Position numbers and translations under genes: made by a program. A DNA stretch of 64,000 nt, taken from the NCBI RefSeq assembly GCF_006345805.1, contig NW_021831849.1, forward strand, positions 235,188-299,187, in the 5' to 3' direction. The notes under the pieces are model-generated. The model saw only the letters and a list, made by a program, of their open reading frames with translations, had not been told where the DNA came from and searched no databases. Below, piece after piece: positions 26,990-40,150 of the stretch (positions are counted from its first letter, which is position 1; each line of letters opens with the position of its first letter). Origin of the DNA: Octopus sinensis. Taxonomy: Eukaryota.

Positions 26990-27212
26990 TGCTATAAAAT
27001 AAAAAAAAACAAATATTGACTTTGAGGTTGAAGCGATTCATGGAGTGAGAATAAATAGAAAGAAACAAAAAGAATATCTTATAAAATGAAAGAATTATTC
27101 CATGTTTTTTGATAAGTTGTTTATTTAAATATAGTGATGATAATACATGAAAACCCGTAAGAAATTTAAACTGTTCTGAACATATTGAAGATTTCGAAAA
27201 TAAAAATCATAA
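26990..27212 (+). pseudogene. HP1-like chromodomain-only fragment inside a Tigger remnant
   Basis: DFEVEAIHGVRINRKKQKEYLIK*K; both Trp codons are TGA. Confidence 0.8.
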
Positions 27213-28020
27213 TGGAATTAATCAACCAGACGTTTGTTTACATGACCGCATCTTGAATAGACGATTGACACAATCTCTGACGGATGTTAAAAATTGTAAA
27301 AGCAAAATTTGTCATGTCAAAACTAATAACACTAAAAATTCGAGAAAAGAAATTGTGATCAAATTCTATTAAATCAACTGATTTTAACATTGAATATTAA
27401 TGATGAGATGGATGTCAACGAATATGGTGAGGTGGGCAGTAATGCTAAAACATACTGTAATATTGAAGAAGAGCAAATATTGTTTATACTTCGAAGAATC
27501 AATGACAGTGATAAAGAAGACATAAAAGAAGACTTTACTAAAAAAGACCCTCTGAAAGTGAAATAGCTAATGCGTTCGAAGTTATTCTGCGTGGGATCGA
27601 GTTTACTCAAGGGATGTCAGAAAAAAGCTTACAATATATTAAACTTATTAAAAGGGAATATGGGGATTGTCCAAAAATTAGTTATAGACAGTCAACGATT
27701 GTGAAGTTTTTTTAATAAATATTAAATATTTTATGTCTAATTAATTTTAGCGAGGTCGCGTTATAATGCCACCCCGCTTATTGCCATGAAATATTTGGTT
27801 TTTTGCGTTACAATGTAGATAGGTTTAAATGTATTAGTTCTTAATTCATTTGACATATATAAATTCTGTTGTTTAGTTGCATGATTATTAATTTCAAAAT
27901 CTTGTCTAAGCTTACTTGATTTAAATTTTTAACTGGTTTCTATGTATAATCCTATCATAATATTCGTGATTTGTCAAATAATATTGAAAAGTTTTTCAAT
28001 TTTATTTTTTTTTCTTTTCA

Positions 28021-30137
28021 AGGGGCCTCGGCAGATCAAATTCGAAGGCTATAGATCCCTCCACACTCCATGGAGGTCGAGGGCGATTGCGGGAACGGGA
28101 TTCTCGCTCTACTACAAAGCCGACATTGTTGTAAAGAACTTGAGGATCCTTGAAGAGAACCGATGCGAACTGATCGCACTAGAACTCCTAACTTCCATTG
28201 GATGGATAACAATCGGTGGAATGTACTCGAAGGACCTCAGAAACCTACCCTGAAGTGATCAGGAAGTTCTTTGAGGATAATGAGATGGCCATTCTTGCGG
28301 GAGATCTCAACGCCAAAAATACCGCTTATGGATGCGAGACCTCTAACCAAGATGGTCGGGCTTTACTGAGGATCTCGAGGAAATATGACCTTAATGTCTG
28401 GACTTCTGAGGAACTTAATCATTTCTGCTTCAGTGGAGGTGATCGCCTCGGACTATTTCTTTCTTCCGCGTCTGTTAGCCCTTTTTGCGACAGGCCCCGG
28501 ATAGAACTGCGTACTGGGAGTGACCATCTGCCCCAATCAATGTTGTTGCGGACATCTACGGCGTTGGTATCAGATCTCTTCACTGGATACGACTTGTCCC
28601 CTGTGCAATGGCCCATGTTCGTCATATTCATGGGTGCAGCTTTGGAACCTCTCTCCCACATGCATCTGTCCACGAGTGAAAGTATATGGCCATACGAAAG
28701 CATGTGGTGGCCTTTCTGGACAGATTCGCTTCTAAAAAACATATGAAATCCCAGAGATCTTGCGTGAAGAGGTCCGAAACTAGACTATCTGAGCTAGTCA
28801 GAGACAAGGCGCGACTGGAAAGCAAAAGAAGGAGGTGTTTCGAATCTGAGGACTCTGGAAGTCTAAAGGCCCGAATCAACACCCTGAAGAGTCGGATCGA
28901 CGAGCTGACTAAAGCTAACACAGATGAGGCATGGAAGAGAGAATGCTTAAAACTCAACAAGAAAAATCCTAAATTCTGGAAACTATACAAAATAATGAAC
29001 GGGACGGAGGCGAAAGGTGAAGAAATCATTCTTAAATCGGTGGATGGAGGCTTTGTTCCTACTGAGGAAGTCCCGGAGGTCTTCCGCCAGCGGCTAGCAG
29101 GGATTCAGGAGGTGGACCCCTAGTCTATCCTGCCTCTGAAAATATTCGAGGAGTCGACCCGAAATTCCCGCTCAAAATTTGTTTTGGATGGACCCTTGTG
29201 CATGGAAATAACCACGGAAGAGACGTTCGAAGCAATCAGAGGTTGCAAGAACAACGCTTCTGGATTTGACTTCATCCCTATGGAGGTGTTCAAGTGGAAA
29301 TTTGTTATCGAAGGCCGTGAATCTGAGGAGAGGTGTTCCTCAAGGATCGGTTCTCAGCCGCTTGCTCTTCAATATATTTCTGGCCGACGTCCCGAAACCA
29401 CATTTTCCTACGAGCAGACTAATTATCTACGCGGACGATATCCTGGTTACGGATGTCTCGATGTGGGGACCCCGACACAGAAGAAGGTTGTCTTAGAGCA
29501 GACTAGAACCGTACTTGGAAGAAATTGAAATCTGGTGCAATGGTAAAGGCTTGAATCTCGCTCGGGACAAAAGTACCATTTGTTGGATTTCAATGGGTCG
29601 TGACAAAAAACCGACTTTCGAGGATTATGGGAACCTGATTATATCAAAGAACCTACGTTACCTGGGAGTAACTATAGACCCCACCGGGTCATACAAACCC
29701 CATGTGCATGCAAAGCGGAAACAAGGAGCGAAAATCCTAAAAGGACTGAGGCGTTTTTGTCTAAGCGCAGAAACGTTTCTACACATCTACCAGACTTGTG
29801 TTCAGGCACTAATAATCTATGGTTCGGAGGGCTGGTACCAAACTGATGAAAGGGACCTTCTAATCGCCAAACTCGAAAAAACCAGACGATTTGCCATCAA
29901 ACTGGCATTCGGCCTGGAGCTCAGCAGTCCGCTGGAGGACCTGCATGAGCGGAGTGTTGACACGATAGACGCGATCCTGGCAAAAACTCGAATTCGCTGA
30001 GGGAGATAAGACAGTCTCCTGGGGCAAAACCGAAGTTGAGACCTGCGTGGCTCTCGTTATCAGCCCCCTAAGCTCTAATTCCTCGGCCACTTTTCTTTTG
30101 GAGCTATTGTATTAAATAAACCATATTCTTCTTCTTC
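28021..30137 (+). mobile_element. 5'-truncated, internally deleted LINE (APE endonuclease + RT; Jockey/I-like)
   Basis: ILAGDLNAK and GSDHLP (APE); GVPQGSVLS and YADD, RYLGV (RT); (TTC)n tail. 15-bp TSD TTTTTTTTCTTTTCA at 28006-28020 and 30138-30152. Empty site at ~44600. Confidence 0.92.
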
Positions 30138-30914
30138 TTTTTTTTCTTTTCATTCATCCTCACTAAATTTATTAGTATTCAGACACCAATTACTCAATGG
30201 GTTATAATTTATAACTTATAAATTATCTGCACTTGATGTATACCATAACATAGTGCAATCTCAACACATTCGTGGAAGTCGCATCCCACGCGAGTGATCG
30301 GTATCTTAGAATGAGAAGATTTCAGAGATCCCAAGGAATTTATATTCCTTATTCAGAGGATCTCGCTGGCTGTTTTACGCGAGAATTGTCTTTAATCCTG
30401 CAAGCATGCACTTAATAACTAGATTATTCCGTTTTCCATTTAGATATAAATGATTTGGTGAGAGTCCTAAAATTAAATAAAATTAGTTAGTTAGTACTTC
30501 CACGTGGCCATCAGGACTTAAGTGCCTAAGGTTTCGTTCATGATGTACTTTCAACTATCTTCCCAGTCAGTCTTTTCCCTCCAGTCTTGTTCCTCGCGCG
30601 TTTGCGAATGTTTTCACGATCGTCAACGGTTTTGAATCGGTCGCGTAATCATCCTTCAGACAAAAATGACACTCAATAAAATTCTCTCAATAAAAAGAAG
30701 ATTTTCTCAACAAATTAGCAATCGTAATTAAAATATGCTAACTGTGAATTTCATAAAAATTTGATATTATTATTCACAAAATAAATCTTTTAGAACGTTT
30801 TAAATGACAAACACGTTTATTGTCTAAAAAAATCAGAAATAATATTCTTTATAATGACATTATTAGTATATCAACTGTTCATATAAAAAATAGACAGTAT
30901 ATAGATACGAAAAA

Positions 30915-31320
30915 AAGTCAGTAAATACGAATTTAAAGAGAATCTTCGGGTATTGACGAATGCTTTAAAATATATGGAACTGTTTTATCAGAAGTGGATT
31001 CAACTCTAAGTGATTGCAGAAAATGCTCAACTCCTCGAAATAATAAATTAACTTGAGATGCCACAACATCAGATTCCGGAGATATCACATAAAAACGCTT
31101 TTTAGACACATCAATGTACCAAACAATTCCTAAAACTAATCTTGACTTATTTATACCAAATCCGAACAGTCACATAAAATATTCGAATCAACCATTCCTG
31201 ACAAATTTTCAACTTTTTTGATCTAAAATTAAAAAAATAATAAACTTCGTCATTATCCACTTTACAGAGAGCAATCCATGTACCGTTGAATGCACGTAAA
31301 TACTTGTAAATATAAAAATG
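30915..31320 (-). pseudogene. Duplicated 3' fragment of NOL9
   Basis: Copy of 45674-46080 that lacks the 5' part of the gene. Confidence 0.85.
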
Positions 31321-34300
31321 GGTGAGATTGTCACTTAGAACTTCCGAAAATTGCTAAGCTTCTTTTTGGTGTAGTCACCCTCCAATAGACTTTTCTCACA
31401 AAAGGCCGTCTCCCGAATGGCCTTGCAAATTTATTCCGTCGAACTATTTTTATTCATGGAAAGAGTATTTAGGATTATTTGGATCTTTGATTTTTAAAGT
31501 CACTGTTTCTTACTTCCTGGTTCAACGCCTTAAGCATAATCTTAGTTTTCATGTTTGAATGGGCCGACTTCTTGAGTTGAATCTTTTTTTCTAAGCGTGT
31601 CTTGTCAACTCCCTTCGTATAATTGTTGTGATGTTCAGGAAGTGACATAACACGAGCCTCCATTATATAACTGTTGACTTAAGTGATTATTCTGTCTAGA
31701 GAAGTCTGAGGGATGCTTTTGATTTTGATTTTTATCATTTATCAAAAACCAAAAGTAAAATAATTTGAATAATCTAATGATAAGATATGTTAATTTATTA
31801 AATTCATAATCTTTTATTTTTAAAATTCATATTGTTTTCTACAGTACAACTACACGTCAAGAGTTGAGATTATTGCATTTTCAGTTATATAATTAATTGA
31901 ATAAATAAACAGAAACTTCCAATGTTGCAAAATGATATACAATAATTGTCCGCCCAACATTTAAAATTATCGAAATGCTTAATTAGACTTGATAAACATT
32001 TATACAAGTTATTGTAATACTTTTTATTGAAATAAAAATAGTTAGTAAACTAGTTAGTGAACAAATTTTTGGTAGAAACGTTTCCCGCCTCGTTAAACGT
32101 ACTTATCTTTAGACCCAGAGCTACAGAAAAATAAATAATCATATTAACAAGTCAGTGTCGCACGAGACGAAATGGATTCAAATTTATTTTGTAAATTTTC
32201 TTGACAATAGCTATGGTTATTTCGATTAAGTGTCATTGATGCTACAATTTAATGACAAAAATACTAGAAGAAATATTGTTAAGTGAGCTAAAAATAATTA
32301 AATAAATAAACCCTCTACAAAATGATGAATCAGAGAAAAATTGAATTTTCGGCGAATTAAACAAATCAATTTTTTGACCTAGAAATAATGTTTGTAAGTA
32401 GATACAATCAAAATCGGAACTTTTATCAGGAATTACTTTAATTGCACTTTTTATGAAATTTAGAAATCTTTCACGATAATCATTTGGAGAGTTAACAGAT
32501 AGATAAATCTACATGATAAAAAGACTAAAACAGACTTAATAGCTTTTTCAAATTTTTTTTAATCCGAATTTTTGTAGAATGTCAATAATCCCCATAATTA
32601 GTATGACTGGACTTAAAGTAGCTGGGTACGCCTTAACACCGTATTTAGACAATTCTGCAGAAGTCTTTTTCAAAAGCTAAAAATATCAAAACACATATCA
32701 TTTTCGGAATAAGAATGATTGACTTGGTAAAAATAATGAACGAAAACAACTTGGACGACATAATGGATTCCCAAAAGAAGGCTGTAGTCGATTACATCTA
32801 GACTTTCCAGAAACTTGGTTCAATCAGTAAATTAAAATAACCAGACTATCTTCAGAAAGTATTTCGAATAAACGAGAGTGGTCTCTTTCGCTAAGAAAAA
32901 ACCCCCGTGGGTGCAGTTCGTAAAAATCGAGATCTTTAAGATTTTTTTGTGGGTTTTTTTTAGATTTTCGAAGGTATTTGCTTCCTTTTAAATCAAAAAC
33001 CTGATGCATTTCGACATCGACAGGAAGAATATTTATCAGGACTATAAACGGTGTTTTATTGGAAAATCTCTAAAAACCGAAAGACAGTCAACCATGAAAT
33101 TGTAAAACCCGTAAAATTGGGGCACCAGTGAGCTGCTATTTTCACCGAATTTCTACAAATTTTAAATAAAAATAATACTTTTGTATAATGAGGAAAAATA
33201 CTCATCATAAAACGTGATTCGGACGGCGTGACAGTTTTTATCAAAAATTTTCCGTCGTATGACATAAAGAAAAGACTCCTGGAGGCCCCTGAACTGGATT
33301 GCGTCTTGAGTGGATATTTTGTTAGACTCTCCTATAATCTGAAAACTGGAGAAAGTTACAATATATTGGTTTATCGAAATCAGACATTGTCCACGCAGAA
33401 AACGATCAACATGTGGTGTGATAGCAATAAACTTAAACACTCTGAATTCGTGTGGTGGTGTGTGGTTTGATCCACCTCTATAACATTTTTGTAATTTTAC
33501 TTTGGAACAATAACGTATCACATGTTTCAAACTCCGAAGAAACGGGCTCGCGCCAAATTGTTTTTGTATAGAGTAAGTATTATTGTTTTAATGCAATAAA
33601 AAATAATTCCTCTATTTCCTCGTCAAAAGAGACGGGGGCTATTTTTAAAGGTCCCACCTAATTTAATTTTAAAATTCTGACCGAAAGTACAGAGTTTTCA
33701 TTCATCTTAGTTTTTTGCAGATTTTACTGAAATTAAGCGATCAATCGAGACCCTTATCATTGAATCTTCGAATTTATTTATTTATTCGTATTTTATTTCG
33801 CATTAGTATTCCTATTTTAATTTAATTATTAAATTAATTAATTTTTTAATGACAATTATTACTTTTAAGTAAAAAGATATTTTTTACAGTGAATACAATC
33901 TGAAGAATTTTGTAAAAAATTTATCTTATACCATATCATTGATTCTGATAAGTTTTAAATCATAATAATATTTTTCTTCTATTCTCGAACCACTCAAACT
34001 CGACCATGGTGACGACAAACGACCAGAGTGAACGACAATCTTTTTATTTCGAAAGCCCGGTCATTTGTTTGGGATGTTACTTGGACAAATATGTTCATGG
34101 CATCGAGCATTATCTTGTGCCTGGAAATCTGAAAGTCCATTAATTCTAAAGGAGATCTGTGCCCCGATCTCCGACTGAAGCGCACGTGCATGCTTAGCAA
34201 TGACACCACTGGTCTCAAACGCAAGAGAGCAAAACAAGCTGACTCTAGGAGGCACAAATAGTTCTGAGCCCGAGATTATTTGCTTATCTCTTCACCGGAA

Positions 34301-34410
34301 CTACTTAGAAATCTTTGTCCTCTGTGTGTAGAGATTGTCGTATTCAAAAACACTCATCCTGATGATCTGGCTATTCTTAGATCGGCGATTTCGTACAAGT
34401 GTATGGCCAT
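31320..34410. repeat. Segmental duplicate of ~15558-18680 (LINE fragment + PIP5K gene)
   Basis: Colinear high identity over ~3.1 kb. Confidence 0.92.
32330..33707 (-). pseudogene. PIP5K type I duplicate, pseudogenised
   Basis: Same exons as 16555-17949, but SGASGS>SGASRS, a frameshift to TGA after IIDILQKFGLKK (~32550) and deletion of the next donor region. Confidence 0.85.
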
Positions 34411-34927
34411 TGTAAATTTGTAAGTCTTTAACTTGTTCATCTTCTATAAATTCCGTTCTACCCCTATTGATAATACACTAATTTTGATGCTTTGTACAAA
34501 ACGATAGGCAGCGCTTGTCCCTCGAATATATCTGTTGGATTGTATCAAAGGACGATGTATTCACGAACTGACTTCCGTGTTTCCAAAGATGTCATTAAGG
34601 TGTGTTGAAAATATTTCTGCCACCTCAACCGGGTCCGAGACTTGGGTTTCATCAGAGCGTTTAAACCGCACTGAATTTGCCTTTCCTCTCCCCGATAGGT
34701 TTTTCAACTGTTTCCAGAAGTCCGGGAAGCGGGCGTCAACTTGTCTGCAGGCCTGCTTTAACCGTGAACTTTTAAATTCACGAATTTCTTTTTTGATTTC
34801 ACTCTGAAGCGGCTAATCTAGCTACAAAACCAAACACGGTTTACCTTGTAGATGCATTTTTCCCGTATTCTAAAGATCCTTCGCTCGAACCTAATTCTAT
34901 TTAACACCCGGTACCGAAGCGTGGGAT

Positions 34928-35206
34928 GTGATTACCCTGTCCTATAAATTAAAAAAATACAGATTTCTACACGAATTAAATATGACAACTATCTTTGAAA
35001 ATAAAGAAAATAAGTTCATAGACACTATTTTATTGCCGGATGAATCAAAAATACAACTTTTTAGATTGAAGTACACGTCTTCAATTTGGCATAAAGCCAA
35101 TCATGCGTATAACCCAACATGCACCATGCCCACCATAAAACACAGGGAAGGAAGTATAATGCTGTCGGGCTGTTTTCATCAACAGGCGTCGGTGAATTAT
35201 TCGTAG
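34928..35206 (+). mobile_element. Tc1-like transposase fragment
   Basis: DESKIQLF...PTIKHREGSIMLSGCF. Confidence 0.8.
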
Positions 35207-35462
35207 ATTATTATTAGTAGAACCAAGATCACTAATTAATCAGTTGATCTCAGCATCTCTAAGAAGGGTCCTCATTTTTGTCCGCTGCTGCTCCCTAGTC
35301 CCGACACAATTTCTATGAGGGCGGGTGCTGGAGTTTTAGGGCCGGTAGACCCATGGTTCCTTCTCAAGATTTCTGTAAATGAGGCGATGGATAAATGTTC
35401 ATTCGGTGGTTGTAGTTATTTGTAAATTACATTTAAATATAATTTTCGTAAATCGTTATGAC

Positions 35463-37164
35463 TAGGGCAATTTTTTCAGGCACTTAAAATTTATTTTTAG
35501 GACCTTAAAAATAGGCATTTTAGGACTTTATTTTTAATTTTTAGGACTTTATTCTACATTTTTAGGCACATTTTAATAAGGTATTAAATCAAAAAGTCGT
35601 AAAAAATTATTTGTTATAGTAAGGTATTAAATAATTTTTGACATTTTCCGCATTGAAACCTCTATCTTTAGTAATTAATTTTTTAAGCATAGAAAATGCT
35701 CTTTCAACGGTTGATGATGTACACTGACATTTTCTTATTAGTCCATATTCTTCAGGGGAGATATTACTTTTCTCCATTTCTATAATTGATTCTATGTCAT
35801 TTTTGTGTAATCTTTTTGTATGTATTCATTTATTTCTGCATTATCAGACGGAAATTTTAACAAACAAAGATCTGAATGTGCATCATTTATTGTATAACTT
35901 GTGGATTCCATTTTTTTCAATATTTGATTAAGTATCTGATAATTTTCATTTATTTCCATTAGACTTTTTCTTAAGGTTGGCGATTCAATTGCTTGTTTTA
36001 CTTTTTTAACTAATATTCCGTCGTCTTTGAAATTCTCCACAATTTCAGCAATTGATACAAAATTATTTGCATAATAGTATGCTGCTTGCAGCCAACTACC
36101 CCATCTAGTTATGATGACGTCGGGCGGATAACCAATTGTAGAAAACATTTTTTTTCTAGTTTTGTTTTTCACTATTGATGTCTTTATAGTCGCAATAAGA
36201 TTAGAAAATTATTGCGTATAATCTCGAATTTTTTAATCTCTTCATCGATAATCTGAAGAATTGTGTTAGCAGTTACAGATTCATATAAAGGTTCACACGA
36301 AATTAAATAGGTCTTCTCTGGATAAGCGATATTCCCAATGAGAACAACTACAAACTTCTGTCCATTTACGTCACCCTCGTCAACAACCATAAAAATCTTT
36401 TGAGATCTAAAAATTAATCATTTGTTAACCTTAGATCACTTTTATACTTGGATAATTTTTGTTCACTGATTGCAGGAATACAATTGCGACAGGCTGACTG
36501 GAAGGAAGCGAATATTCAATTTTTCAAACAATCCCTTTAAGCTTGGATTATTGAGCTTATGAAGAGGAATGTTTGCTTCAGAAAGGCTTTGGCAACTTCC
36601 ATCGGCATACTCTGAAAGTCTTCCGTTTCGGTTTGACCGTTGAATAGGGAATCTAAGGATTGTTGGAATCCTTCATTGTTATCTAAAAAAAATAATTTTA
36701 ATTACTCAAAAGCTTTAGATGTTTTGTAGATTGTCTATGCTGATCAATATAATATTTTTTTGATGCATTGACGTAGATCATACATATTTTACAATATAGA
36801 CTGCCTTTAATCACTGTGAATTCTTTTACGTAAGTTTCATAGGCTTTTAGAGCTTTAGACTTTATTGTAGAACGTACACGTGGCATTTGAACACAAAAAA
36901 GTAATTTATAGCGTGCCTAATTTGTTATTTTTAAAATATTTTTTTGTAACATTTAAAAATAATTTATTTTAAAAATTTTTAAGACCTTAAAAAAATTTTT
37001 AGGACTTAAAAAAATTTTTAGGACCTTAACAATTTTTTAAGCATTTAAGGCATTTATAACTCGTTGTAGATAAATCTATTTTAATTAAATTATAGCTTAA
37101 ATTAATTATTTAAATAAATAGACCTTTTGGTGCAAAAAGGCATTTTAGGCAAAAAATTGCCCTA
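35463..37164 (-). mobile_element. hAT-type transposon with CGGBP1-like zinc finger and degenerate, intron-containing transposase
   Basis: TIRs TAGGGCAATTTTTT / AAAAAATTGCCCTA and perfect 8-bp TSD GTTATGAC (35455-35462, 37165-37172). LYCKIC...DQHRQSTKH, FMVVDE, ITRWGSWL. 23-nt introns at 36683-36705 and 36407-36429. Confidence 0.92.
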
Positions 37165-37523
37165 GTTATGACTTAAAAGATATCCTAGGATAAAATCTAT
37201 ATTTGACTTCGGATATTTTTTCTTGAAATTTAATTCAAAACAAAATACAATTTTACATTAAGTACAGTAGTAATTACCATACTCTGTCAATTTTTCCATC
37301 CTTATATTTTTAACAGAAAAAACGGGATTATTGGGAACACTTTACCCTTTCTATCTGCACTGTGTATAAACAATATATGCGAAAAAATACCGTTAAAATT
37401 TAGCATTTTTATAATTCACGTTCTGTTAAAAATGAGTTCTGTTTTAATATATTTTAGATTTAAATTTTTTCTTTTTATAAATAACAATTGATTCAAATTT
37501 ATCTTGTCGTTAAATACTCTCTG

Positions 37524-38099
37524 ATGGTACACGCTATCAAACGAAAAAATACAAATACTGAATTCGAGGTTGAAGCGATTCATGGAGTGAGAATAAATAG
37601 AAAGAAGCAAAAAGAATATCTTATAAAATGGAAGAATTATTCAATGTTTTTTGATAATTTGTTTATATAAATTTAGTGAGGATAATACATGGGAACCCGT
37701 AACAAATTTGAACTGTTCTGAACTTATTGGAGATTTTGAAAATAAAAATCATAATACTAAAAAACAAAATCTTAATTCCCGAAATAAATTAAATTTAAAT
37801 ACTTCTAAAATCAAAAAATTGGATAGCAATCATCAAAAGCGTTTATCTTCTACAAATGTAAGATTCCATTTTATGTTATATTTCAGTGTTTTGAAATCGA
37901 TTTGACACAGATTGATAAAATAACAAATATAATTCGTGAGAATGATAATATATTTGTTTTTGTTAAATTGTATTAATCTAATAATATAATTTTAAGACAA
38001 AACAGTCGAAAGCAGCAAAAGATGACATTGGAATCTTTACAAGATACGTGTCCAGTCCTATTGATTAATTTTCTGATCAGTCGAATCAATTTTAATTAG
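37524..38099 (+). CDS. HP1-like chromodomain + chromoshadow protein, second intact copy, 162 aa
   Basis: Same 4-exon structure and length (576 bp) as 23693-24268, open frame after splicing, 13 aa differences. Confidence 0.9.
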
Positions 38100-38309
38100 A
38101 TATAATTGGAAATCCTTTTGCCTAATGAATAACTTTTTTTCTCATTTAATCATAGAATAATTATCTTTCTACTCTGGAATTAATCAATCAGATATTTACA
38201 TGACATCATCTCTAATAGACGTTTGACATAATCTCTGATTTCTGATGAATTTTAAAGTGCATAGAAGCAAAATTACTGTTTCTCCAAATATTAATTTTTA
38301 ATTTATGTT

Positions 38310-38530
38310 ATCGACTTACATTATGAGGGCCTTAAACCTTCTAGCCAAAAAATTTAAAAAATTTTTATTTTGGTTAATATGAACAACAAGCACGTGTCCG
38401 ACTCACATGACGAGGTCTTAATACCTTCTCGCCAAAAAATTATTTTTTGCATTTTGTTAAAATGAACAACGTGAATATCCTCGACAGCAATTATGCGGTA
38501 TATTTATACCTTCCATATTTTTTCTTAAAT
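38310..38530. repeat. Degenerate ~85-bp tandem repeat, about 2.5 units
   Basis: Units start CGAC.. at ~38312, ~38399, ~38482 and share ..ACCTTC..; the first two also share GCCAAAAAATT and ATGAACAAC. Confidence 0.55.
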
Positions 38531-38767
38531 TTTTTTTTAAAATTAAATGCCATTATATCATTATCGATTATGAATCAAACTTAAGGTGTGCAATTAACAG
38601 ATTCCACGACCTTGATTAAAATGTGCAATTTTATAATTTTTAAAAACACTTTAACAATTATAATAACATTAGCACAATTAGCACAATTATTAACACAATT
38701 GACAATCAATTGACAGGGCAATTAGAAGAATTTTCGTATAAATATTAACTATTTATTTAGACCTACA

Positions 38768-39478
38768 TTGGATCAGCATCGCCTCGCTTGTTTCGGTGCC
38801 GCTGCCAGACCTGAAAGTGGGGCGTGGCTTAATGCCCTCCCTTGCTCCCAATCTGGAACCCTTCTCGATAATGACTGTGTGAGGATTGGCGTAGCAATGC
38901 GCTTGGGACTTAATGTCTGTTCGGGGGGCCAATGCCGATGTGGGAGTAAAGTCGATACCAAAGGACTACATCCCCTGTCATGCAGAAGGAGTGCTGGCCG
39001 TGCTCCCAGACACTCCGCTATCAACGAGACTATTTCGGCTGCGTTACAAGCAGCTGGATTCCCGACAGAACTGGAACCCGTTGGGCTTGACCGTGGAGAC
39101 GGTAAACGCCCAGATGGAGTCACCATTTTCCCGTGGAGTAATGGGAAATGCCTCGCGTGGGACTCCACGTGCACAGACACCTTCTCAAAGACCAATATAG
39201 TTGACTCCGCGATCAGTCCAGGCTCAGCCGCTGAGAAAGCTGAGGTACATAAAGTTCAGAAATATTCCAACCTGCTGGACAACTTTATCTTCTCCCCAAT
39301 ATCTGTAGAAACCTCCGGGGCCATGAGCCAAAAATCGTTTGAACTCGTCGTTAAAATCGGGAATCTGATCTCGAGAAGACGGAGAGAGCCTCGGGAGAAG
39401 CAATGGTTGTTCCAAAGAATATCCATTGCGATCCTGAGGGGCAACGGCTTCTCGATCATCAGCAGCTTAAGATTATGA
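38768..39478 (+). mobile_element. CRE-like non-LTR retrotransposon, 5'-truncated (CCHC + restriction-like endonuclease)
   Basis: Open 236-aa frame: SGAWLNALP...CRCG...HPLSC...RH...KRPDG...LAWDSTC...KY...VETSG...RISIAILRGN. Confidence 0.9.
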
Positions 39479-39789
39479 TAATCATTTTCGCGCGTTTAGA
39501 AATATTTTTCAATTTTTATTTAAGTTTTTTGTATAGATTGAATTTATTTTCGGTACACTTCTTCCCCTAATTTTTTTATTATTGAGAAATAATTATGTCA
39601 ATGGATAACGCAAGGGTGAAAACAGAACTGAAGAAAAAAAAGCTGAGCTTAAAGTATTAAATTAAAACTGTTAATCTGTCACTTTCTCAATTCGTTCCGT
39701 GCTGTTTCGTAGCTTGCTGCTTCTTTGCCGACTTAATTAATTTATTGTTATCTATTTAATGTGCTATTTATCTGGTGTGTCTGTTAGTT

Positions 39790-40150
39790 CATATGTTTCC
39801 TTTAAAGATAAGTTTTAAAAGGCTGCTATTTCCGTAAAGATATGTTTTGAAGTGACAATAAACAAGGCCCAGGGATATTTATTAAAGGTAGTTGGCATAT
39901 TTTTGGAGAGCGAGCGTTTTTTCGATGGACAGTTGTATGTGGGGTGCTCAAGGGTAAGCAGAAGAGAAAATTTATCCATGTATGTCAAGGAAAGTCGAAA
40001 TTTATCCATGTATCGTTTATCAACAGGCATTAGAATAGGGTTATATCAAACCAGGTCGTTTTATATATCTACATAGACTTATAGTTGTTTAACAAAACGG
40101 CCCTCCGCAAGAGCTAGGTCGCGGTGAGCGAAGCGAGCTGCCGAGCTAAA
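39790..40150 (+). mobile_element. Helitron fragment (PIF1-like helicase C-terminus and 3' hairpin region)
   Basis: CFEVTINKAQG.LLKVVGI.L....F.DGQLYVGCSRV; downstream CGCGGTGAGCGAAGCGAGCTGCCGAGCTA resembles a Helitron terminus. Confidence 0.8.

Larger units (their letters stand above)
26875..31320. repeat. Segmental duplicate of ~43350-46080 (Tigger remnant, HP1 chromodomain fragment, RTE fragment, NOL9 3' end) with an extra LINE insertion
   Basis: Colinear identity from GATTTAGGAATTATGGATTTC (26875/43349) to TATAAAAATG (31320/46080). Confidence 0.88.

Noticed and set aside
38310-38530. CRISPR-like repeat-spacer array
   Set aside because: The units are degenerate along their whole length, there are no identical repeats with unique spacers, no cas genes, and the context is eukaryotic.
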